NCBI RefSeq assembly: GCF_031769215.1
Contig: NW_026781918.1
Location: 558,001 to 622,000, forward strand
Reading direction: 5' to 3'
DNA length: 64,000 bases
Source: Ylistrum balloti
Lineage: Eukaryota
Part shown: piece by piece, positions 38,001 to 50,000 of the stretch
Numbering within the stretch: the stretch's first letter is position 1
Layout: every line of letters starts with the position of its first letter
Program-made: the position numbers and the translations under genes
The notes under the pieces: model-generated
What the model was told of the DNA's origin: nothing
The model's input: the letters and a program-made list of their open reading frames with translations, nothing else
The model's database searches: none

Positions 38001-41000
38001 TTCACTGATCAGTAGCAACATTAAATGGGTAAAACGTCGGACCATAGGGAACATACACACAAGTTTGACAAATATATCTTCTGTACTTCTCTAGAAATAA
38101 CAATAACGATAATTTCAAAGTTTAACATACAAGGTGGCCGTCTGTCGACCATTTAGTTTCACATGTCAGACTCAAAATTAAACAGGCAAACTAGGGACTG
38201 AGAAATCTATAAATTAAGTTCGAGAAATATCCCTCTAGTATTCCACAAAAAAAAAAATCGATAACGAATATCAGTTGTCAAATAATTTTTTCATTCATAG
38301 TCGCAAAATTAAATTGGCACAACTAGGGACCATCAGAAATATATATATCGATTTTGAGAACTGATTGTCAAGTAGTTCTCAAACAATCAGCAATTGTCAT
38401 ATTCCGACATGGTTTCTTGTTGACTCGTGTCTTTCAGTGATTTGTTGAAACATTAAATGGGCACAACTAAGGACCACGGGGAACATACGCAGGGAGTTTG
38501 AGAAACATACCTGCGGCATTTTGCTTAAGAAATAGCGATAACAATGTTCAAATTTCTAATTCAAGATGGTCGCCTGTTAGTCATTTGTTCACTGATCAGT
38601 CTCAAAATTAGACGGGAATAACTACTCATCGGACTCAAAATTGAATGGACACAAGGAACAGAGAGAAACATACACAATATGCCTGAAAAATATTCCTTCA
38701 CCAATAACAAGATGGTCACCTGTCAGCCATTATGTCACCTGTCAGTCATTATGTTTAAATTAAATGGGTACAACTGAGAGAGAAACTAGTGTTTGTTTCA
38801 ATACGGGCAAGAGCATTTCTCAAACTAAGCAAATCTGCCTTATTAAGGGGACATTTATGAACGGTTTCAAACACATGACCTTTGTAACCATGAGTGTGGA
38901 ACTAGAAAATTTGTCTAAAAAATTTTTGAAGCACATGGTATCACCAAACTACTTTGAACATTCCACCCACCGATTACCCTGTTCACGATATGGGGAGAAG
39001 CCATTGCTGTTTGATCTGATCTCATCAAGCTTCTGGATAAATTAGTTGAGCAAATAATCAAATCTAGCTAACTTTAATATGGTTCAACGTCTTTAATGTA
39101 ATTGCTACCTAATGCTAGTAAACGTTGCGCTAGGTATTAAGATTCTAAGGTTACGTGAGGCAAGTGTTTTTAGTGGTATAACAAATTACCCCATGTCAAC
39201 TTAATACAGGTTTAAGGTCATTGTCTTTGGCAAACTTTTTTCATGCGTTGCCTCTAGAGCGCTATTACAAAAGATAATGTACCTAAGCAAATCGACTTTT
39301 GGGGAGTCGTTCAAAGAAACATCAGACGAATGGACTTTGCGCAATGGCGCCTTCAGGCGTCCATATATATAGATAATTCAAATTCTAATTAAAGGACAGA
39401 AAAAAACTTTCCTGTGTCCATCTTCCCTGAACTGAACAAAGCTAAAATTTTATTGGCATTCGCATGCCCGATAGTGAAATTATTTGGCATACCTGCGGGT
39501 CCTGGAGCCTCTCCCAGTCAGGGATCAGGTAGTAACGTATTCCGTCAATAGCTCCATCCAGTGTGACACCACGAATAAGCAAGACGAACATGAGCACGTA
39601 GGGGCTGGTGGCCGTGAAGTACATCACCTGCACGGGAACGGGAATGGATAGGTAAGTATACAACCAAGTACCAATCATACAGGGAGAATGCATAACGCTG
39701 AACGTGAGCTGGGCAGACCAAATGCAGACTACAAATGAGTGCAGGTTCACTTACTCATAAACATTTACATTTATAAATCTGGACGATGAATCAAATGATT
39801 CCTATGTTTCAGCTTAACTGTTTTATTTTTAACATCTGAAATTTATAGCGAAAGGCAACTACAATTTGCAGTCAAGATCCCACGTTGAGCTGTGCAAAGA
39901 AAGTGGTTAGGACGGGATCCTCGGGGCTTTATTTAGAAGATATCCTTTAAGCGTTGATAGGACCTGTTGGATGAGTAACCCTCCTTGGACTGATCGAGTG
40001 CTAAATAGGATTTTTTTTCTTTTCTTTTTTAAATCTAAATTTTAAAATATGAGGCTGGGTTGCTTCCCTCTAATTCAGGGTCGTATGCCTCAGCCCGAAA
40101 TATCACCTTTCCGGATGATTTAATGCCTTTCCATATGCAGAAATAGATGATGATCCATGCTAGTAAGAGGCACAGGGCGAGGTCCCACTTGATGTTGCCA
40201 GGGTGGTCCACCCCGTCGGAGAGCTGCAGGACTTTCCGCCTGTAGAAAGTTTAGGCGATAGAGTATTGGAACCATTTCACGTCGCAAAGAGAAACTCATG
40301 CGATGTGATCCTGGCTATTGCATATCATGAATCAAACAACGTGTGCCACGAGGTGTTAGGTCGTCCAATCATTGACACTTACCACTTTCTAGTCAATCAG
40401 TTTTGCCAGAATGAGACTGTGCAAACCGGAAATGACGTGGCAGAATAGTTTTTTAAGCCTTAGTTGGTAATATTTGTTACTTGAAGGTGTATAAATACCA
40501 TTATATAAAATCTGTATTCTATTTTTCATTAAATTTTGAAAACCTGTGGTTAATGCTGCTCAAAATTAAGTTTCAATCCTTACTGGCGCCGACATGAAGC
40601 AGGTGCAATGGAGAAACAAAGGATATGGGTCTGGAAAGTCAACAAGCTTTCCACTTACCATTTCTAATATTCAATTTCCCACAAGAGAAATTCCAAAGAA
40701 TTCTAGCATGCATAAAACTAGACAGTCTGATAACCGTCAATCGATAGCCCGTCTTGACTAAAAGCATACAGAAGATGTGCGGAGGAGACCAGTGTGCTAA
40801 CCACAATCTCGCAAGGCAGGCTATTCACAGTAAAGTAAAACGCAACAGAAATTATTTATGGGTGTTTTACAAGTTTTCCAGCTACAATCTAATGCTTACA
40901 ACTTTCACCAAATATACACATTTGGCAACAGTATCATTTTTTAGCACAACGTCTTAAGATGTGGCTTTCAAACTCATCTCCTTCTGTATCGGGGACAAGA

Positions 41001-44000
41001 ACTAGACTAGTAAGCTTGGAACGTATCAAGATTGTTGCATGGAAAAAGAGAGAAAATGCGAATAATTAATTCGATCGATTACAAAAATTTGTTTGAAAGA
41101 ACAGCAATCAGGAGGATGCATTATGTTATTACAACATTCCAGTAGAATGATTTGATTTAATTTGGGGTATTAAAAACTCAGGGCCATCTGAAGTTTAACT
41201 CAAAAACACTTGTATTAAAACGTCATGCACATTACATTTGTTACATATAAGCTTTATGCATTTTTGTTGAAACGTCTGAATACTTTTTGTTTTCAATAAA
41301 TAATTTGTCAAATATAGTTTATATAGATTCGAATGAAAAACATAAATAACGTTTCATTCCTTCGTTTTTCGTTTCACCCTTCAGGAAAAACGATGAAGAA
41401 AGGGATTGGTTGTTTATAAGCTATAATTATTGTGTCTATCAGACAAAAACTGCCGCGGACTGCACTGTATGGTTTCTGTGTGATGGAAATTTTCCCTAAT
41501 GTGGTTATTTTCCTTGACAACGTAGCTATGGCTACGGCTTCACCGTCATGGTGAGTTCTATTTTAGGAGGCAGATGTTCACAGTTTCGCATACACCACTA
41601 GCCAAAGAGACATTAATTATTCAACGAGTCAACGGCGAGTGATGGTCATTCCTTTTATGTAAACATTACTCGCAAATTATTTTCACCAAAACATTTTGTT
41701 TACAAGGTATTGCATAATCAAAAATATATTAGTGTGTAAATGTTTTGTGCAATCAACCATCAGTTTTTACTGAAATCCACTTTCCTTACTTATTGCTAGT
41801 AACACATAATGCTATCGTCTTAGTAATGCCACAGAATTGGAACTGCAATGTGCATATATCAACATATAACTTCTATAAGCTATACCAGGGTCGGCGCCAG
41901 GGCAGGAGAGACACTTGCATAGTACTATATACAAGATAACTATAAATGTGTGATACATATCAAATAGCACTACGTCATTTCCATATAAATAACTTTAACA
42001 TGAAGTCATACAATACAAAGCAATGCATGTTTCGTCTAGATGTTTACAGAAAAACCTGAAATACGCAATATTATTATTTAATCCAATTTTCATGCACCTA
42101 TGGGTAAAGGACTTTATGATGTTGCGGGTACATTTGTGAGGATTTAAATCATTTCATGACTTTCCATAAATTGCTTTGTATAAAAGGTTTCTTCGACATA
42201 ACCATATACTTACAGGTTTTAAGTATACATTTACTGTCACCCTCATGTGTATTATGTCTTTTTATGAAATCATTTATTTAAACATAAAATCTTTTTGAAA
42301 TTTCAGTTAAACGACTATATAATTGGTTATGTCTCAGAAAGTGAATAAGTGGTGGAAATTATCAAAATGCACACACATGAATAAGAAATGTTTAGATCTC
42401 ATTGATTCAGCGACAACTTCATGGGTGGAAACGACCTGGTGAAAAGAAACAGAATGATCGTTAGCAGGTGCGAAATTCGTGGACAGCTTGTATCTGCCTG
42501 GACTATTCAACTGGGAATAAAACGTGGATAAAGATAGAACGATATCAAAGTACATTCAGATAATTATCATTGTTAATTTTTTCGTTATCCATCAATTCAA
42601 TTTCAATTTATTTATCTTTGAGATTAAAGTCAACGTTTAATCACGTGGCACTGAATGAGTTATTAGTATGTGAGCTTATGATATGTCCTCAGAAATTCCT
42701 GGATAGATAACATAATATTTATTGGGCTTACTTCAGTTAAAGAATAAAACACTTCATATGCTCACACATTAATATTCATTGGCATTTAGCTGACAAAATT
42801 CCGCTTCAAAAATCTTCCTCAGAGGATTATTCAGCAGAATACAGAAAATATTCCAATCAAGCCAGTGATCCTAGTTCGTATGATAACAACGAGCTTACCA
42901 GAGAACAGGAAAATGATCGATTTTGCACTTTTTTATCGTTACTGATCTAACTATCATTGTGATTTGTCAGCTAAATGCATTTATACGATTACACATTAGT
43001 TACCTCCAGCTTAAGATGAACTTCACATGAATGTTGAGTAATCGAACACATCTCCAAAATGAAAACAGTTTTGAGTTTTGCATAACACTTTTGTAAGCTT
43101 TTATAAATCTAACCATTATTATGATGCTTCCTGCTTCCTTATTTCTAGGAAACATGTCTTCAAAATCAAAACATACAATCTTCACTGTGACAATGCTTAA
43201 CTCAAATATATTTCCATTAAGGATAGGTGTAGGCATATTTAGTCGACCAATGTTGAGCAGCATTAACCAACAGGTAATGACGTAACACACAATTGCATGC
43301 TTAAAATTGAAAGAGAAATCACAGGCATTGAATCATAGTCTGTCTACAGCTTATCCACTTTAAACTCATCACACTCTATCTCATTTCTATCAGTTCAACT
43401 AATTCTTAATCCCATAAAATTTCTAGAAAAAAGGGAAAGGGGAATAGGGCCGGCTAATGATTCTTTTTTGTATTGATTTGATTTTTCCCAAATGTCTACG
43501 ATATAGCTCTTCTTTATCAAACGCATTAAGATTTGCGTTGGATTTCTTGCAAATGTTGAAGGATGGGCTAATTTCGGCTGATGATACAAGGAAAGGTCTG
43601 TTAGGGCGGGCATGTTTGCTGATAGGTGTCTATATAATGGAAGGCTCTAAGTTACCGTACAATGTCGCGGGCAAGTCGTTGAAGGGTTTGGGAGGGCGTT
43701 GTCCGGAGAGGGAAAACCTGTAACAAATCTTCAAAAAAAGCATACATGATGTACAGTTAACGTCGCCGGAAGAACATCTCCGTCACTTAAGGATGAAAAC
43801 CCTACTTACTCCCAAAACTCTGTAACGGGGTCGCACGCTGGTGGTTTGGCAGTCTCCATGGTAGTATTGTCCGTTAGATAAGAGACGTTGTCGACCAGTC
43901 TGGTCACAAATGTGGCGACGGTGGTGGTTATGCCGGTCAGATTGACTGTAGAGGAGTTAGTGGGCTGTTCAGAGTACATTTGTCTGCATTCAGGGGAATT

Positions 44001-47000
44001 CCATTCGTTATCGCCATGTGACCACGGAAGGACAGCCGTAAACGATGAGAAAAGGTAGTACAAAGCCCAAGTTAGGATGATGTTGTACTCGCAGTTCAGC
44101 AAAAAAACGATAATGGCGCATGCGTACCCAATACCTGCATGGACAAACAAATATGTTAATCAGGATACCAAAAATGACACCTAATAAACTGTATTCCGGT
44201 ATAGTCGGACTACTTGGGTGTAGAGAACTTTTTAGGATCAATAGATATTCTATAAGTCATATCTCATGATACCATACAAAATCTATGAAGACAAATATTC
44301 CAAGTATGATATAGAATGTTAACATTTGACTCCACTGTATCCTGAGGTATGGATAACAAACTAACCTTGAAACAATGGAGCGATCTTCCAGCACCCTACA
44401 CCTCCTTCAGACATGAACTGGCCAAGGCTTACTTCGAGGAAAAACGTTGGTATTCCTCCCAGTAAAACAGCTATGAAATACGGTATCAAAAACGCACCTG
44501 CAACATAAAATATACCCTAACTGTTTAAAACAACCCTATGTATCAAATACATGATAAAAAATACCACAACTGGATATGAAAATCCCTTGTATCAAATGTG
44601 CATGATAAAATATTTCCTGTTGTATGACCATTAGGAATACGTTTTTCATAGAGCCCATTTCTCGCGAATTCACTGTTCGTTGAATTTTTGTATCCGAAAA
44701 GAAACTTCTTTTGATAATTTATACATTCTTACATAACAGGATTGTTTACTGTATCCTGTAAAGACTTTATAAAAAGAGACGTCATCGTAGATTTAACGGA
44801 TGTGCCCGTCATTTGTTCTTTAATAAGAAAAAGAAGAAAATACCAACATGTCAACATTATCATAATCCAAACTCATAATACAACTAGGGCAAAATTTGGA
44901 CGAAAGATAGATTTACACGGAGGCTCATAAGAAAGTCAAGGAGAATAAGACCAGGTGTTCCGGAAGAGAGTGAGTATCTTTTGGTTCATCGATGTAAATC
45001 TTGGTCAAAGTAAGTTATATCATACGTTAAGTTTCAGTGATATTAATTTACATGTCTTTCATGCTCAATTTGTTTAGATGACAATGCTGTTAATTACCAA
45101 GGGAACTATTGTCCAGTATGTTTCTACTTGGGGTTTTAAATGTAATTCATCTTTATTGTGACCATAACAATGATACGATTTGTGATCCTTGCGGTGACCA
45201 AAATGAATCAAATTGTTAAAATAAACTACTTGTGTCAACCATTAAACATAATAAGACTTGTCACATTGTGGTATCATTTAGACATCTACCCACTGAAGGA
45301 AACAAACACGAAACATTTTGAAAGAAAGCATCTGATTGATCTGGAAACCAATCGTTCAGAACTGTGCTTCTCCAGATCACGTGTTACTCCTACACGGACA
45401 GAGAATTACGTCCACGTGTTACTCCTACTCCGACAGGGAATAATGTCAAGAGTTTTTCAACACGCACCAAGAGTTTACCTGACCGATATAATTTTTTTTT
45501 TTTCATTTCTCTTGTTTTGAAATGTCAGATACATGTGGAAATGGGCGTTTATTATTTTGTCGTTGCATGGAATCCACAGGATATTAAATCCCAAACTATT
45601 CCAATAAAAAAACGACTGTCGTCCGACACTGCCGAACACGTGTGTATTTTACTATGTCAATACTACTATGTGCTTATCTGAACCAGATGTTTCATAATTT
45701 ACAATGTCTCAAACAAAGCAAGAGTTCTGAGTCGACACAAGGGCGTCACTATGGCCCTGAAATATGTCGTTTATGTCACTTTTGTGCTGTAGAAAGCTCG
45801 CTATGTGAGATCAACATTGATAACAGCTTCACTGGTCTATTTTCCACAGTCTAATTCAGATCTTATTTCTTGATTTTTCATATTTCAGTTTGGTTGTCAC
45901 TTATATTTCGTTAGAACTGTTTATTTGGTTAGTAAACTGCCTGGGTAAATCGTCAGTTCAGGTAACTAGATAAGTGCATATTTTTACATCGTCTTCATCA
46001 AGTGCTAAAAACGTTAGTGAAACATGGACATTTTCTTCACACCAAGCGCCTCACATCAGTAACTGTTTCAAAAGCAGACATATAGCTGCAGAGTAATTAA
46101 TAATTAAAAACATATGAAATAATTTGACATTTTGTGCATTGATGATGCATAGATTTTTCCATTTACTAAAGTAGAAAGTATATGAGCAGAACAACATAGA
46201 AGCATTACAAGCGGCCATTTCTTACTTTTGTAGACAAAAAATGCTTATACAAGTCATTCAATTTCAGTTTCCACATCAAAAGCTAAAAAGCGAAGGAAAT
46301 GAAACTACAACAACATCAATGACCTGTTGATGGAGACCCGATGTGTACATTACCGAACACATTTACTAAGCCAAACATAGCATCAACGAAAACAATTTTA
46401 CTGTCAGCTTTGTACATAATTCATTCCTATTGACTGACATGTCTGTCAAGGTGAGGGCTTGTTTGCGCAAGTAACATGCAACTGTATTGGTATATTGAAA
46501 TGTAAATGTCAGGCTCCATGTTACAGAAAAAGAACGGAAGTCTCTATGTATCCCTAATGTCCGGAACATGTCATGAATTAACTAAAACACCGCCAAACTG
46601 CATTCACATGCTGTAAATAGTGGTATAGTGATTTTGAGGGCGATTTTTTTATTGATAATTGTGGATACATCTGTAATGACCTCTTACAGACATCAAAAGG
46701 AGGCTTGAGGTATTGTTGCTGATCACGGTTTATGGTTTTAAAAAGCTTGTTACGAGATCATTATGCAATACATCTTAGTAATAACTTCACAATAATGACG
46801 TCAGCAAATCAATTAGTAATTTGATAAGTGTTTATTAAAAAGCACAGTGATGCACTTATTTGTACGCTAGAAGCACGTTTTTGTTCGTTCTGTCGTTGAC
46901 ATTTACTGTGCTATTTTCAAATAATATGTATTACAAACATGTAACGTTTAGGACAACCATTATATCAATTATTAGATTTTTGTTTGCTGATATCACTCAG

Positions 47001-50000
47001 ATTGTACACAAAGTTCACGTATGTTCTGAAGTGTTTGTTTACAAGTTGTAGTACTAATTTCGAAGTATCGCACTTGATTTAATAGATATGTTTAAAACAC
47101 AACTAACAAATTAAATGGGGCAAATACTCGGATCGTTATTCCACACTCCTCTCACAATGGCTGTTCATATCATAGGATCGTAACAAAATACGAAACAAAA
47201 CACGCCACTTATCTTGACAAATGACAAACGTATCTAGTAGACTGTCCAATGCGGGGCTTTATTATCATTTGTGATACGGGGCTTTACTTCGAAGCCTAGT
47301 TAGTTTATCCATGTTTTACTTACATATGACTTATCTTTACGATCAATAGTGATCATGTTACCACTTGTTTAGGTATACAAATATGATATGGTGTGCGATT
47401 TGACCTAAAATTTTCAATAATATTGAAGTGATGCACCAAAAGGAATCTAGAGAAGGATCATTAAAGTAACCAGGACGAACAGAACTTTATCCAAATACCA
47501 ATAGTTCAAAAGCTCAATAACGCTTATAATTACAAATAGTGAATGTGACACGAGTGTGTTATCATTTGATATCTATAATAACACACAAATGATGCGAATC
47601 ACCTACATTGTTATGAAATTTATAGCCACCCTTTAATAACTCCATCAGCATTTCGCCGAGCATGTCATAAATCTTATGACACTCAATTTACATTCAGTTA
47701 TCTCTCTTAAAGGAATATCTGTTTGAAATTACATGTTTTAAGGGTTGTTGTTGTTGTAAGTGTATTTTTTGTGTGTTTTTCTTCTTTATTGCCAATATAT
47801 TCCATGAAAGACTATCCAGAATTTAACAAGTATTCTTCGTTGGTCTACTGGCTATCAATAAAATGTATGACTCCTCTTTGTTGATTTAATTGTATGCGAG
47901 TGCGTGCTTAGTGCAGTGTAACGAGTACAATGCTTGCCTCTGTCGGCGTCTTCTGTAAGACGGGCTGGCAATCACAAAGCCTAAATCACCCACATTAATC
48001 ATCATATAATCGTTCTCTCAGTCGAGATCCGATTATCTTTCTACCTACAGAAAAAAAAAAATCGAATAAATCGGCGTATAAAGTACGACGTTGGAATTAC
48101 CAAGTTTGCACAGGTAACCAGAAATGACAGCGGTAATGACATATCACACACTATGCACAGACTAGAATTTCTTGATGTCCAGTCTGAAAGCTTTAATAAA
48201 TTACCACATACATTAAAATATTCATAATGCCATCCTGGTTTGTTTTAGACACCAAGATGATAAAAATATTCGCCAAGAACATTTTGAATGTTAAAATGGA
48301 TCATTCGGAGTTTTTTTAACGTTTCTGTGACGAGAACTTGATAGCCTGGTGAAAAAAATATCCCGAAAGTTCATGTCATAAACACTTATTTCAAACTTTA
48401 TTATCTCTTCTGTTGTAATCGTCATAATTATCATCATGTAATAATTATGTCAAACTCTTCATCCATTTTCTCAATTTTATTACCGTTTACACTATTTGAG
48501 AAATGAGTACTGCGGTGGCAATGGAAACTATTTCAGCATCAAATAGTATGACGTTTCCAGCTGACTGTGTTGTCATAAAACCATCGACGCTGACTGTACT
48601 GAAGCTATGCTTGACATTGCAACAATGGCGATGACTTATAAATGCGTTGATGACTCTTACAACTTAATTCTTAATATCCTTTTGATCCTTTTTACACGTG
48701 TCATAGTTTTAACTTAACTGAATACTTCAATGGGAGGTCATACTTTTATAGGTCCTCGTCCAAACAGGAGTGAAGCGTAATTCCTGCAGAGTATGTTGAT
48801 GTCGTATTTGTTTACATAAAGTAAATCAATGTCTGAGAATACAGACCGAAATATTAACACACATTACAGTAAAAATGTAAACATCTATATCTATATCATT
48901 ATTCAGTTTCAAAATATATAATACAGTTTTGGTTTGAATTTCAAAAAAAATATATAATTTTATAAGCAGAGTTCGATTTCTGTCCAGATGTTCGTTAGGC
49001 CTAATGTCAATGAACAAAACACACGATATCCAGCGTTACCACAACATGATGATTACGAGGTTTGCTTTTATCGGTGATGTGGGAGAAATTTCGTTCAGAC
49101 TTGCTAACAATTCCGCTCTATAATAAATTTCTCTTTTTAAAGGTTAAACTAGGGAAAATCTGCTCCTTAGTATACTTATCTTGAACCTATGATACTGGAG
49201 ATATTTCGCACAATTATATGTTTGCCTTCCACGTGTAAAATGTGTAAAAACAAATCCGTAGTTATCCAGCTTAGAAATTGTTGTTCGGCTATCTTGATAG
49301 GAGTGTATGTTGTGTACTAACGTGATACAGGGACTATTTGTCGACATACACTACAATACGGAGACAGCTGGGCTGCGATAGCACCAGACGTCACATACGT
49401 TTTACCTTCTTCTCCCGATACTCTATACTAAGACACGAAAATGGCTATCCTGTATCTGAGTTCACGCGTGTAGTCTGTGGCCACTCTAGGGGGTCACTAG
49501 AGGTGAAATGATACTACTGGGCCTTCCCGCATTTTGATATATTACATAAACAAGGATTTCATACGAATTGGTGACTATAAATCGTTGTTAGTTTTTGTTA
49601 TTAGTAAGTATGATGTCTTGTGCGAAAACGCATGGTCATGCCTAACTCATCTGATATCCTCCAAGTGCATTAGACCCTCACACAGCTGGTAGAGATGAAG
49701 ATCAATGTAAGCAGTCAGAAAACAACACACCGCGGTCACCTCCGCACGGCATGCTTTTCTCATGTTAACCGGCGGCTGTTCGTGTGTTCACACTACTTCG
49801 AACAGTATAATTAAATAAAGAATTGACAAAAAGAATATTTACTAATATTGCTTGATGATGGCATTGATGGATTGCTTAAAGAAAAAAATCATTAGGAAGG
49901 GATCATAAAAGTATTTACAAATACTGATGTGTAGCAAGAGCATATGGAAACTATACCTTATTGTCTTTGTCTTAGTAAGATGAGATAGGAAAATAACCAG

